Origin: an uncultured Prevotellaceae bacterium
GTDB lineage: Bacteria; Bacteroidota; Bacteroidia; Bacteroidales; UBA3663
DNA length: 36,733 nucleotides
Assembly (NCBI GenBank): GCA_964495625.1
Contig: CAZBWT010000004.1
Coordinates: 1-36,733, forward strand
Direction of reading: 5' to 3'
The notes beneath the pieces are model-generated. The model worked only from the letters and a program-made list of their open reading frames with translations. It was not told the origin of the DNA and did no database searches. This document shows positions 25,172 to 35,578 of this stretch, one piece after another; the stretch's first letter is position 1, and every line of letters starts with the position of its first letter. Position numbers and translations under genes: made by a program.

Positions 25172-26941
25172 ATGAAATCATTCTTTAAGACCGTACTCGC
25201 CTGCCTTGTTGCCCTCATTTTGAGCGGCATCATCAGCGGTTTGTTTTATACCTGCACGTTCATCAGCGTTGTGTCGGCGCTTTCGGGCTCAGACCAAACG
25301 GTGACCAAAGACGGCGACGTGCTACTGCTCAAAATCAACTCCGCCGTCACGGAGAACGATGCCACCATGCCCTTCAACTTCGACATGCTCAGCGGCTTCT
25401 CTCTGCGCGACGGCAGCAGCCTCACCACCATCTGCCAAGCCATTGATGCAGCCGAGGCAGACAGCCACATAGCCGGCATCTACCTCAACACTGACGGCAT
25501 GACCGCCTCGCCCGCCACCATCACCGCCATCCGCGAACGCTTGGAGCGCTATAAAGCCAACACCGGTCGTTTCATTGTAGCCTACAACGACTCCTACTCC
25601 ACCGGGCAATACTACCTCGCCTCGGTGGCAGACAGCCTCTACATCAACCCGCTCGGCGAGATCACGTGGAACGGCATGTCCACCGTGCAACCCTACCTCA
25701 AAGGTCTCTACGACAAGCTCGGCATTGAGATGCAGATCTTCCGCGTCGGCACCTTCAAATCTGCCGTCGAGCCGCTCATGCTCGAACACATGAGCGATGC
25801 CAACCGCCTGCAAATCGAGTGCTACTTAGGCTCCATTTGGCAAACCATGGCGCAATCCATCTCTGCCTCACGCGGGCTGAGCGTAGACTCGCTCAACGCC
25901 TTAGCTAACCAAGCCGTCAGCTACATGCTGCCCGACGAACTCCTCGCCTCCGGACTTGTCACGGCGCAGAAATACAAACGCCAAATCGAACCCATCCTCA
26001 GTCAGCTCACGGGCAAAGACTTCCACGGCATCGCCTTGGCAGACATGGCTGCCAACTACGACCCCACCGCCGGCAGCGCCAAGCGCCAGCAGGTGGCTGT
26101 GCTCTTTGCCACCGGCGAAATTGTGAGCAGTGGCAAAGACAAGATGGACAACATCTATTGGGAAGACCTCATTGAGCAAATCGACGACCTTGCCGACGAC
26201 GATGACGTGAAGGCCGTCGTGCTCCGCGTCAACTCACCCGGCGGCAGCGGCTTTGCCTCAGAACAAATCTGGAAAGCCCTCACCGAGTTGCGAGACAAGA
26301 AGCCCCTCGTCGTCTCGATGGGCGACTACGCAGCCTCGGGCGGCTACTACATCAGCACCCCCGCACACTACATCATCGCCGAGCCCACCACCCTCACCGG
26401 TTCAATCGGTGTCTATGGCGTGATACCCAACTTCAGCGGACTCGCCACCGACAAACTCGGCATCAACTTTGAAGAAGTCAAGACCCACAGCTTGGGAGGC
26501 TTGACCCCCTTCCGCGCCGCCACACCGGTAGAAAAGACCAAAGTGCAGCGCGGCATAGAGCACTTCTACGACCTCTTCCTCACCCGCTGTGCCGATGGGC
26601 GACAGCTGCCCAAAGACAGCATTGCACAAATTGCCGAGGGCAGAGTGTGGACCGGTGTTGACGCTCAGCGCATCGGGCTCGTCGACGAGCTTGGCGACCT
26701 CTATGCCGCCGCCGCGAAAGCAGCCGAGCTTGCCGGCATCGCTGCCGACGGCTACTACACAGCCACATATCCTGCTGCCGAAGACTCTTACATGAGCCTG
26801 CTCAAGCAGTTCACCAACGATGCAACCATTCGTGTTGCCGATCGTTTAATAGGTGCAGACCACGCCGTGTTGCAACACATCGAACGCTTGCAGCGCGCTG
26901 ATCGGGTTCAGGCTTACAGCTTGGATCGCATCGCCCTATAA
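25172..26941 (+). CDS. sppA: Signal peptide peptidase SppA (67 kDa type)
   Basis: YYLAS.AD, RVGTFKSAVEP, LRVNSPGGS, SMGDYAASGGYY, TGSIGV and AEGRVWTG. Confidence 0.95.
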   Translation: MKSFFKTVLACLVALILSGIISGLFYTCTFISVVSALSGSDQTVTKDGDVLLLKINSAVTENDATMPFNFDMLSGFSLRDGSSLTTICQAIDAAEADSHIAGIYLNTDGMTASPATITAIRERLERYKANTGRFIVAYNDSYSTGQYYLASVADSLYINPLGEITWNGMSTVQPYLKGLYDKLGIEMQIFRVGTFKSAVEPLMLEHMSDANRLQIECYLGSIWQTMAQSISASRGLSVDSLNALANQAVSYMLPDELLASGLVTAQKYKRQIEPILSQLTGKDFHGIALADMAANYDPTAGSAKRQQVAVLFATGEIVSSGKDKMDNIYWEDLIEQIDDLADDDDVKAVVLRVNSPGGSGFASEQIWKALTELRDKKPLVVSMGDYAASGGYYISTPAHYIIAEPTTLTGSIGVYGVIPNFSGLATDKLGINFEEVKTHSLGGLTPFRAATPVEKTKVQRGIEHFYDLFLTRCADGRQLPKDSIAQIAEGRVWTGVDAQRIGLVDELGDLYAAAAKAAELAGIAADGYYTATYPAAEDSYMSLLKQFTNDATIRVADRLIGADHAVLQHIERLQRADRVQAYSLDRIAL

Positions 26942-26975
26942 CCCCCCAATAACTCACACTTAAATCTACCGCACT

Positions 26976-28079
26976 ATGTATCTGCCGCGCGTCAAGACGC
27001 TTCCAATCCTGCAACCCTTAGCCTGGCTCTATGGCTTAGGCGTATGGTTGCGCAACATAGCATTCGACCGGGGATGGCTCAAACAAGAGTCATTCCCCGT
27101 GCCGGTCATCTCGGTCGGCAACATTGCAGCCGGAGGCACCGGCAAGACACCCCACACCGAATACATCATCCGCCTCTTGCAGCGCCAAGGCATCGGTCCC
27201 ATTGCCGTGCTCAGCCGCGGCTACAAACGTCGCAGCAAAGGCTTCGTGCTTGCCACCCCTGAGGTCACAGCCTCGCGCTTAGGCGACGAGAGCTACCAGA
27301 TCTATCGCAAATTCCCCGACCTCATCGTGGCGGTCGATGCCAAGCGCGTGCGCGGCATACGGCAGCTCATGCAGCTCCCCACGCCGCCGGCAGTCATCTT
27401 GCTCGACGATGCCTTCCAGCATCGCTACGTCAAGCCCGGTCTAAGCATTGTGCTCACCAGCTACAACCGCATCCTCTATAAAGACCACCTCTTGCCCGCC
27501 GGACTGCTGCGCGAGCCGCGCCACGCCATACGTCGCGCCGACATCGTGGTGGTGAGCAAATGCCCACCGGCTCTGCGACTTGAAGAGACCACCGAGATTG
27601 AAGGTCACCTGCCCACCGAGCCTACGCAGCCCATACTCTACAGCTCCTACACCTACCGCGCCCCCGTCAACTTAGCCACGGGGCAACCCGCCGACATCGA
27701 CCACACCTGCGAGGTGCTGCTCGTCACCGGCATTGCCGACCCGGGCGTGTTGGAGCAATACATACAGACGCACTACCGCCTGCTCGAAGAGATGACCTTC
27801 GGCGACCACCACCACTTCAGCAACGCCGACGTTGCCAACATCCGCGCCCGGCTTGACGCGGTGAACAGCGACGGCAACTGCACCAACAACTGCACGCGCC
27901 GCCCCGTCATCATCACCACCGAGAAAGATGCCGTGCGCCTGCTCAACCACCCCGCGGTGGACGACGCTCTGAAGCAGCGCATCTACTACCTCCCCACCGA
28001 AGTCCACTTCCTGGACCGCGAAGACCCGCCCGCCTTCGACCGTCTGGTGCTCGACTTCGTGCGCCAACAGCATCATTAA
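26976..28079 (+). CDS. lpxK: Tetraacyldisaccharide 4'-kinase
   Basis: SVGNI..GGTGKTP, LSRGYKR, GDE, LDDAFQH, P.G.LREP, F.DHH.F and TTEKDA. Confidence 0.96.
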   Translation: MYLPRVKTLPILQPLAWLYGLGVWLRNIAFDRGWLKQESFPVPVISVGNIAAGGTGKTPHTEYIIRLLQRQGIGPIAVLSRGYKRRSKGFVLATPEVTASRLGDESYQIYRKFPDLIVAVDAKRVRGIRQLMQLPTPPAVILLDDAFQHRYVKPGLSIVLTSYNRILYKDHLLPAGLLREPRHAIRRADIVVVSKCPPALRLEETTEIEGHLPTEPTQPILYSSYTYRAPVNLATGQPADIDHTCEVLLVTGIADPGVLEQYIQTHYRLLEEMTFGDHHHFSNADVANIRARLDAVNSDGNCTNNCTRRPVIITTEKDAVRLLNHPAVDDALKQRIYYLPTEVHFLDREDPPAFDRLVLDFVRQQHH

Positions 28080-28156
28080 CGGCGAAAGCCCGCAAAAATA
28101 TTTTTTTAACCGGGCAGTCTGCAACAAGGCTGCCTCATCACTAAAACTACATCCCT

Positions 28157-28969
28157 ATGCTCAACAAGATTAACGAAACGGCTCAATACATTTTGAGCAA
28201 AACCACACGTCGTCCCGCCACAGCCATCATTCTTGGCACCGGTCTCGGTCAGTTGGTGGACCATATTGAAGAGAAAGAAGAGATACCCTACACCGAAATC
28301 CCCAACATGCCGGTCAGCACCGTCGAAGGTCACAGCGGCAAGCTCATCTTCGGCAAGCTCGGCGGCAAAGAAATCATGGCCATGCAGGGACGCTTCCACT
28401 TCTATGAAGGCTACAGCATGAAGGAGGTCACCTTCCCCGTGCGCGTCATGAAGGCATGCGGCATCCAGACCCTCTTCGTCAGCAACGCAGCCGGAGGCAT
28501 GAACCCCTCGTTCCGTGTGGGCGACTTGATGATCATTGAAGACCACATCAACACCTTCCCCGAGAACCCCTTGCGCGGCAAGAACTACAACGAATTGGGT
28601 CCCCGCTTCCCCGAGATGAGTGAGCCTTACGACCACCGGCTCATTGCCTTGGCAGAGCAGATTGCCAAAGAGAAAGGCGTGCACCTGCAGAAAGGTGTCT
28701 ATGTGGGCACACAGGGTCCCACCTTCGAGACTCCGGCAGAATATCGCTACTTCCGCGTCATCGGCGGCGACGCTGTGGGCATGAGCACGGTGCCTGAGGT
28801 CATCGTGGCACGTCACAGCGGCATCCGCGTGTTTGGTGTCAGCGTCATCACCGACCTCGGCGGCTTTGGTGTGCCGGTCAAGGTGAGTCATGAAGAGGTG
28901 CAAGAGGCCGCCAACGCCGCACAGCCCATCATGACCATGATTATGGCAGAAATCATCAAACGCAGCTAA
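28157..28969 (+). CDS. punA: Purine-nucleoside phosphorylase (trimeric type)
   Basis: ILGTGLG, STVEGHSG, MQGRFHFYEGY, NAAGG, GPTFETPAE and VGMSTVPEV. Confidence 0.95.
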   Translation: MLNKINETAQYILSKTTRRPATAIILGTGLGQLVDHIEEKEEIPYTEIPNMPVSTVEGHSGKLIFGKLGGKEIMAMQGRFHFYEGYSMKEVTFPVRVMKACGIQTLFVSNAAGGMNPSFRVGDLMIIEDHINTFPENPLRGKNYNELGPRFPEMSEPYDHRLIALAEQIAKEKGVHLQKGVYVGTQGPTFETPAEYRYFRVIGGDAVGMSTVPEVIVARHSGIRVFGVSVITDLGGFGVPVKVSHEEVQEAANAAQPIMTMIMAEIIKRS

Positions 28970-28973
28970 CCCA

Positions 28974-30038
28974 ATGGAGATCAGTCACTACGGCGAGTTC
29001 GGACTCATCCGCCACCTCACCCAAGACTTCCCGCTGCGCCAGCCGAGTTCGCTGTGTGGTGTGGGAGACGACTGTGCCGTCATCGACGCACCTGCCGAAG
29101 GCAAGACGTTGGTCACCACCGACCTCTTGCTTGAAGGCATCCACTTCGACCTCACCTACTGCCCCCTGCGCCACTTAGGCTACAAGGCGTGCATCGTCAA
29201 CTTCAGCGATGTCTATGCCATGATGGGCACACCGCGACAGATCACCGTCTCGCTCGGCATCAGCAAACGCTTCAAGGTGGAAGACCTCGAGGAACTCTAT
29301 GCCGGCATGCGCCTCGCCTGCGAAATCTATAACGTAGACCTCGTGGGCGGCGACACCTCTGCCTCGATGACGGGGCTCACCATCAGCATCACCTGCATCG
29401 GCACCACCGACAAGCCCGTGTTGCGCAGCGGTGCCGGTGTGAACCAGCTCATCTGCGTCAGCGGCGACTTAGGTGCCGCCTATATGGGTTTGCAGCTGCT
29501 CGAGCGCGAAAAGGCTATGTTCAACACCACCCCCGGCGAAGACCGCGGCGACTTCAAGCCCAAGTTTGAAGGCAGGGAGTATCTGTTGGAGCGCCAGCTC
29601 AAGCCCGAAGCCCGCAAAGACATCGTGGCAGAACTGCGCCAACGAGGCATCACCCCCACCGCCATGATGGATGTCAGCGACGGTTTGAGCAGCGAGCTGC
29701 TGCACATTTGCAAGCAGAGCCATGTGGGATGCCGCGTCTATGAAGAGCGCCTCCCCATCGACTACCAGACGGCAGCGCAAGCCGAAGAATTCAGCCTCAA
29801 CCTCACCACCGTGGCTATGAACGGCGGCGAAGACTATGAGTTGCTCTTCACCGCGCCGCTCACACAGCAAGAGGCGTTGGCACAGATGCAGTCCATCCGC
29901 ATCATCGGTCACACCACCGATGAGAAGCTCGGCACGGCGCTCATCACACGCGACGGGGCTGAAATCTCGCTCAAAGCCCAAGGTTGGAACGCCTTTGGCG
30001 AAGAGCACGATGCCCCCGCCGACCAGCAACCCTTATAA
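28974..30038 (+). CDS. thiL: Thiamine-monophosphate kinase
   Basis: GEFGLI, GVGDDCAV, EGIHF, NFSDVYAM, GGDT, MDVSDGL and GGEDYELLFT. Confidence 0.95.
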   Translation: MEISHYGEFGLIRHLTQDFPLRQPSSLCGVGDDCAVIDAPAEGKTLVTTDLLLEGIHFDLTYCPLRHLGYKACIVNFSDVYAMMGTPRQITVSLGISKRFKVEDLEELYAGMRLACEIYNVDLVGGDTSASMTGLTISITCIGTTDKPVLRSGAGVNQLICVSGDLGAAYMGLQLLEREKAMFNTTPGEDRGDFKPKFEGREYLLERQLKPEARKDIVAELRQRGITPTAMMDVSDGLSSELLHICKQSHVGCRVYEERLPIDYQTAAQAEEFSLNLTTVAMNGGEDYELLFTAPLTQQEALAQMQSIRIIGHTTDEKLGTALITRDGAEISLKAQGWNAFGEEHDAPADQQPL

Positions 30039-30188
30039 CCCATCCCCCCACTCTTTGGGGAGCGGCACTCACCCCCAACCGGCGCGCGTGCCGCTCCTCA
30101 CTGTTTCTAAGGGGCACAAACGGCTCATCTCAAAGCCTGCTGCCCCATGCTACGTAACCCCACCATGCTCCATCTTAAATCCTCACCG

Positions 30189-33100
30189 ATGCATCGTTAC
30201 ATCCACCTCGCGTTCGTCACCCTGCTGTTTGCCCTCCCCACCCTGCTGCCCGGCGCTGAGCGCCGAAAAGAGCCCTCCGTGCGCGGCGAGACTTCGGTGT
30301 CGGCATCAGCCGCCGCCCCGCAAGTGTTGCGCCTCACCGTCGAGGGGCAAGAAGCCCCCCTCGGGCTCGATGAAACCGCACCCCGCTTGGGGTGGCAGAT
30401 AGCCGACAACGGCACCGACCTCAGGCAGACGGGCTACCGCATACTCGTAGCCTCACACCCCGACACCCTGCGTGCCGGGCGCGGCGACTTGTGGGACAGC
30501 GGAGCCGTGCATTCCGCCCAATCGCAATGGGTGCCCTACGGCGGCAAACGCCTCCAACCCAACCAGCACTGCTACTGGCAGGTGCGCGTCGTCACCAACC
30601 ACGGCACCACCCCTTGGAGCGCCCCCGCACAGTGGAGCGTCGGACTCTTGGGCGAAAGCCATTGGCGCGGACAGTGGATTGGCTGCGACCGAGCCTTTGC
30701 CTGGGACGACGAGACGCTGCACAGCCGCCTCAGCGCGCGCTACCTGCGCAAGACCTTCGCGCTGCGCCACACCGTGCGGCGCGCCACCCTCCACATAGCC
30801 GGGCTCGGGCTTTACGAAGCCTACCTCAACGGTCAACGCATCGGCACTCAGGTGCTTGCCCCCGCCCCCACCGACTATCGGCGCAGCGTCATCTACAACA
30901 CCTACGATGTCACCGCACTGCTGCCCGCCCGGGTCGTGGAGCAACCTGACACCCCCTTCCCGCCACGGCAGCGCACCGCCACGGTGCAAGAACCTGCCGC
31001 CACACGCGTCTGCCTTGCCGTGACGCTCGGCAACGGACGCTTCTACACCATGCGCCAACACTACAAGCCCTACAAAATCACACAGTTCGGCTACCCCAAG
31101 TTGCGCGCCAACCTCATCATTGAATACACCGACGGCAGCCGCGAAACCATCGTCACCGATGGCTCGTGGAAGCTCACCACTGCCGGCCCCATACGCAGCA
31201 ACAACGAATATGACGGCGAGACCTACGATGCCACCCGCGAAGCCCTCATGGCGGGCTGGATGCTGCCCGACTACGTTGACGACTATTGGCAAGATGCCGA
31301 GCGCGTCGCCGCCCCGCAGGGCGACTTGGTGGGCAACCTCACCCCCTCAATGCAGGTGGTCGACAGGCTCCCGGCGCGCACCGTCGCCCCCACCACAGCC
31401 GACGATGCCGACCTCACCCCCACCGGACGTGGGCGCTACCTCATCGACTTCGGACAGAACTTTGCCGGACGCGTGCGCATGCGCGTGGCGGGCAAGGGGC
31501 AGCGAGGCGACACCCTGCGCCTGCGCTTTGCCGAACGGCTCACACCTGACGGGCACCTCTACACCGACAACCTGCGCGATGCCGAAGCCACCGACTATTA
31601 CATCTGCAGCGGCAGCGACACGGGCACCTGGGTGCCGAGCTTCGTCACGCACGGCTTCCGCTATGCCGAGGTCACCAACTACCCCAATGCCACCACCGCC
31701 GACTTCATCGGCGAGGTGGTGAGCGACCCCATGCGCCCCTTGGGCACCTTTACGTGTGCCGACACCGTGCTCAACGCCGTGGTGCGCAATGCCCGGTGGG
31801 GCATCCTCTCGAACTATAAGGGCATGCCCGTCGACTGCCCGCAGCGCAACGAGCGCATGCCGTGGTTGGGCGACCGCGCCACAGGCTGCCTCGGCGAAAG
31901 TTATCTGATGGACAACCACGCGCTCTATGCCAAGTGGCTCGACGACATTGAGCAGGCGCAACGCTCTGACGGCGTGATACCCGACGTAGCCCCCGCCTTT
32001 TGGAACTATTATAGCGACAACGTGAGCTGGCCCTCGGTCTTCATCTTTGCCGCCGAGATGCTCTATCAGCAACACGGCGACCTGCGCCCCATCGAGCGGC
32101 ACTATGCCGCCATGAAGCGGTGGTTGGACCACTTCGATGCCGAGAAGCAGAACCGCGACGGACTCATCACCGCCGATAAGTATGGCGACTGGTGTGTGCC
32201 GCCTGAAGAGCTGCAACTGATACACAGCCAAGACCCCACACGCACCACCGACGGCACCCTCATCGCCTCAGCCTATTACTACCACCTGACGCAGCTCATG
32301 AGCACCTTTGCCGAGCGTTTGGCAGCCCAAGCCTCCCCCTCCGAGGCGGCAGCCTATCGCGCCGACCGGGCGCAGTGGGCAACGCGCCGGCAACAGCTGC
32401 GCGATGCCTTCAACCGCACCTACCTGCACGTGGCAAAGGGCACCTCGCCCGCGCCGCGCCACCTGCTTTATCCTGACAGCATCTACTATGCCAACAACTC
32501 CCTCACCGCCAACCTGCTGCCCTTAGCCTTCGACTTGGTGCCCGACGAATATCGCGACGCGGTGAACCGTCAGGTGCTCCACACCCTGCTGCTGAAGCCC
32601 AACGAGGGGCATCTGTCGTGCGGCGTGATTGGCATACAGTGGCTGATGCGCGAGCTGAGCCGCATGGGGCGCACCGATGTGGCTTACCTCTTAGCCACCC
32701 AAACCACCTACCCCTCGTGGGGCTACATGGTGCAGCAAGGTGCCACCACCATTTGGGAGCTATGGAACGGCGACACCGCCTCGCCCCGCATGAACAGCGG
32801 CAACCACGTGATGTTGCTCGGCGACCTGCTGCCCTGGTGCTTTGAACATGTGGGGGGCATCAAAGCCCTCGAGCCGGGCTACAGCCGCCTGCAACTCGCG
32901 CCCGACTTTGGTCTCACCGAACTGCCCGAGGCAAAGGTGAGCTATGAGTCGCCCTACGGGCTCATCGTGAGCAACTGGCGGCGCACGGATGCGCGCTTGG
33001 AGTGGGAGGTTGTGGTGCCCGGCAACACCACGGCACAACTGCTCTTCCCCACCAATGCGATTATCAATCAGGTGCAAGGACTCCCCGCCTCAGCCCGCAA

Positions 33101-34262
33101 GAAGGGCGGCAAGAAAGCGGCATACAGCGTGACCGTAGGCTCGGGCACCTACCACCTCAGCGTGCCGCTGCGCCCCGAGGGGACGGTGGCAGGCATTGAA
33201 GCCTCGGAGCGCCGCGGCATCGAGGCAGACGAGTTTCTCTACACCTCAGCCCCTTTCCCCTCGTGCCACGCAGCCACGTTGGCTGAGGTGACCGGCGGCG
33301 ACCTGCTCTGCGCCTTCTTTGGCGGCACCCGCGAGGGGCACCCCGATGTGTGCCTCTGGACGTGTCGCAAACGCCTCCTTGCCGACGGCTCGTGGCAAGA
33401 AGGGTGGAGCACCCCCACGTTGGTGCAAGACGGTCTCATCTCCGACTCGCTCCACACCCCCACCTGCCAAGCCTCCGACGGACACGACCCCACACGCAAG
33501 GCTTGCTACAACCCGGTGCTCTATCAGGTGCCCGGGGGCGACCTTTTGCTCTTTTTTAAGGTGGGACGCAACGTGCAAGACTGGACCGGCTACGTGATGC
33601 GCAGCGGCGACGGCGGTCGCACCTGGTCGCAGCGCGAGCGACTCGCCCCCGCCGCAGCCGACCTGCCCGTCGACTCGCTGCTCGGTGCCATCAAAAATAA
33701 GCCCGAGCGCGTGCAGGGGCGCATCATAGCCCCCTCAAGCAAGGAGGCTGGCGGATGGCGTTGCTATATGGAGCTTTCTGACGACGACGGTGCCCACTGG
33801 CGATTGGCGGGTCCCATTCCCCAAGATGCCGATGTGCGCGCCATACAGCCCACCTTGTTGCGCCATAAAGACGGACGGCTGCAGATGCTGTGCCGCACCC
33901 GCAGCGGATGCACCGGCACTTCGTGGAGCCGTGATAATGGCGAGACGTGGAGCCACTTGGAACTGCTCCGCGACCTGCCCAACAACAACTCGGGCATTGA
34001 TGCCGTGACCCTGCCCAACGGCACCTTTATGTTGGTCTATAACGACTTCTCAACCGTAGAGGGTCCGGACAAACCCCTGCGCAACCCACTGTGTGTAGCC
34101 ACCAGTCGCGACGGTGTGCATTGGCAACACCGCGCCACGCTCGAGGCTTCGCCCATCAGCCAATATTCCTACCCCTGCGCCATTGTCGGCAGCGACGGCA
34201 CGGTGCACATTGCCTACACCTGGCGCCGCCAACGCATCAAATATGTGCGCCTAAAGCCCTAA
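30189..34262 (+). CDS. Secreted GH78 alpha-L-rhamnosidase fused to a C-terminal BNR/Asp-box sialidase-like (GH33-like) propeller
   Basis: DFGQN, PVDCPQRNERMPWLGD, GATTIWELWN and SGNH (GH78); Asp-boxes SGDGGRTW, SDDDGAHW, SRDNGETW, SRDGVHW and YSYP. Start may instead be 30147 or 30165. Confidence 0.9.
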   Translation: MHRYIHLAFVTLLFALPTLLPGAERRKEPSVRGETSVSASAAAPQVLRLTVEGQEAPLGLDETAPRLGWQIADNGTDLRQTGYRILVASHPDTLRAGRGDLWDSGAVHSAQSQWVPYGGKRLQPNQHCYWQVRVVTNHGTTPWSAPAQWSVGLLGESHWRGQWIGCDRAFAWDDETLHSRLSARYLRKTFALRHTVRRATLHIAGLGLYEAYLNGQRIGTQVLAPAPTDYRRSVIYNTYDVTALLPARVVEQPDTPFPPRQRTATVQEPAATRVCLAVTLGNGRFYTMRQHYKPYKITQFGYPKLRANLIIEYTDGSRETIVTDGSWKLTTAGPIRSNNEYDGETYDATREALMAGWMLPDYVDDYWQDAERVAAPQGDLVGNLTPSMQVVDRLPARTVAPTTADDADLTPTGRGRYLIDFGQNFAGRVRMRVAGKGQRGDTLRLRFAERLTPDGHLYTDNLRDAEATDYYICSGSDTGTWVPSFVTHGFRYAEVTNYPNATTADFIGEVVSDPMRPLGTFTCADTVLNAVVRNARWGILSNYKGMPVDCPQRNERMPWLGDRATGCLGESYLMDNHALYAKWLDDIEQAQRSDGVIPDVAPAFWNYYSDNVSWPSVFIFAAEMLYQQHGDLRPIERHYAAMKRWLDHFDAEKQNRDGLITADKYGDWCVPPEELQLIHSQDPTRTTDGTLIASAYYYHLTQLMSTFAERLAAQASPSEAAAYRADRAQWATRRQQLRDAFNRTYLHVAKGTSPAPRHLLYPDSIYYANNSLTANLLPLAFDLVPDEYRDAVNRQVLHTLLLKPNEGHLSCGVIGIQWLMRELSRMGRTDVAYLLATQTTYPSWGYMVQQGATTIWELWNGDTASPRMNSGNHVMLLGDLLPWCFEHVGGIKALEPGYSRLQLAPDFGLTELPEAKVSYESPYGLIVSNWRRTDARLEWEVVVPGNTTAQLLFPTNAIINQVQGLPASARKKGGKKAAYSVTVGSGTYHLSVPLRPEGTVAGIEASERRGIEADEFLYTSAPFPSCHAATLAEVTGGDLLCAFFGGTREGHPDVCLWTCRKRLLADGSWQEGWSTPTLVQDGLISDSLHTPTCQASDGHDPTRKACYNPVLYQVPGGDLLLFFKVGRNVQDWTGYVMRSGDGGRTWSQRERLAPAAADLPVDSLLGAIKNKPERVQGRIIAPSSKEAGGWRCYMELSDDDGAHWRLAGPIPQDADVRAIQPTLLRHKDGRLQMLCRTRSGCTGTSWSRDNGETWSHLELLRDLPNNNSGIDAVTLPNGTFMLVYNDFSTVEGPDKPLRNPLCVATSRDGVHWQHRATLEASPISQYSYPCAIVGSDGTVHIAYTWRRQRIKYVRLKP

Positions 34263-34382
34263 CCGGTTTCACCCCCTCACCCAGCCACCTACACACAGCA
34301 ATGCCTAACACCGCTACAACAAAAGCAACCCCCTCATAAACAGACACATCATAAACATCCATTAAATACACCAAAACTACTT

Positions 34383-35333
34383 ATGAACAAGTTATTAACA
34401 ACCGCGCTGCTATGCAGCGCCACCGTCGGTTCACTCTATGCCGACGACACCGAGGCGAGCAGCAAATGGACCGTCAACGGCAATGCCTCGCTGCAATTCA
34501 CCCAAGGCTACGTGTCGAAAAACTGGTACAAGGGCGGCGAGAGCAACATGGCTCTGTTGGGAAGTGCGCAGCTCGATGCCAACTACAAAAACGGGCACTT
34601 GGCCTGGGACAATAAAATCGAGGCGAAACTCGGCTTTGTCACCACGCGCTCTGACCTCTATCACAACTACATGACCAACAACGACCTCATCAAGTGGACC
34701 TCGAAGCTCGGTTGGGAGGCTACCAAGCACTGGTATTACACCCTGCAGGGCACCGGACAGACCCAGTTCTGCACCGGCTTCGTCGCCAACGACCCCGACG
34801 AGAAGTCGAAGTTCTTCGCCCCTGCCTATGCCAACTTAGCCCTCGGTATGGACTACAAGCTCGAGACCGCCAAGTTTAAGATGACCTGCTTCATCTCTCC
34901 CTTCGCCTACAACCTGAAGTTCGTTGCCGACCCTATCCGCTCTTGTCAGTATGATGCCGACGGCACCATGACCTATCACCGAGGCAAGATTGACGGCACT
35001 CAGTTCGGTTTGCGCTTGGGTGAATATAATACTTATGACTTTGGTACCAGCGCCAAGCTCAACACGGTGTGGAACGTGTGCAAATATCTGAAGTGGGAGT
35101 CGGCTGCCACCTACTTCTCGCCTCAGTACAATATCGGCAAAGACAATGCCGACGGATACACCGAAATACAGTGGGAGAACACCTTCGACATGCCCCTCAA
35201 CAAGTTCTTCTCGACCAAGATCTACACCTGCCTTCGCTTTGACGACAGCGTGGGTCCGGAGAACAAGGGAGCAGGGTGGAATTACTTCCAATTTAGCGAA
35301 CTTTTGAGCTTCGGAATTAGCTATAATTGGTGA
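34383..35333 (+). CDS. DUF3078 family putative outer-membrane protein
   Basis: Signal peptide, Q...S.NWYKGGE, TQF..G, FFAPAY...LG.DY, RFDD and terminal FGISYNW. Confidence 0.85.
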   Translation: MNKLLTTALLCSATVGSLYADDTEASSKWTVNGNASLQFTQGYVSKNWYKGGESNMALLGSAQLDANYKNGHLAWDNKIEAKLGFVTTRSDLYHNYMTNNDLIKWTSKLGWEATKHWYYTLQGTGQTQFCTGFVANDPDEKSKFFAPAYANLALGMDYKLETAKFKMTCFISPFAYNLKFVADPIRSCQYDADGTMTYHRGKIDGTQFGLRLGEYNTYDFGTSAKLNTVWNVCKYLKWESAATYFSPQYNIGKDNADGYTEIQWENTFDMPLNKFFSTKIYTCLRFDDSVGPENKGAGWNYFQFSELLSFGISYNW

Positions 35334-35466
35334 GGATTTTTACCCCCCCCCGATGTCTTAGATGACATTTTTGCGTCCTTCGTTGACAAAAGGAGCCTCC
35401 AAAATGTTATTTTTAGTATTAAAAGTGTTAAATCACACCGAAAATACGAGGAATTTTATAGAAAGA

Positions 35467-35498
35467 TTTGTTGTATAATCAAATACAATCTAAATTTG
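35467..35498 (+). promoter_or_regulatory. Consensus -33/-7 promoter driving a short non-coding transcript
   Basis: TTTG-N20-TAAATTTG, with the palindrome TTGTAT-N6-ATACAA in the spacer. Confidence 0.7.
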
Positions 35499-35502
35499 CA
35501 AT

Positions 35503-35578
35503 GTGAGTAATTCCACAAAACTTCATAAAATGAGAGAAAGGGGCAGGCTTGTTGTGAAACAAGCCTGCCCTGTTTTTG
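35503..35578 (+). ncRNA. Candidate small regulatory RNA (~75 nt)
   Basis: Bounded by a consensus promoter and a perfect 13-bp stem GGGCAGGCTTGTT-GTGA-AACAAGCCTGCCC plus T-tract; no complete ORF inside. Confidence 0.6.

Noticed and set aside
30392-33600. Long antisense or alternate-frame ORFs within the GH78 gene (similarly 845-1765 and 28106-28903)
   Set aside because: Shadow ORFs expected from high-GC codon bias, with no recognisable motifs.
35343-35351. C9 tract as a phase-variation switch
   Set aside because: It lies just after a stop codon, not in a CDS or promoter spacer.
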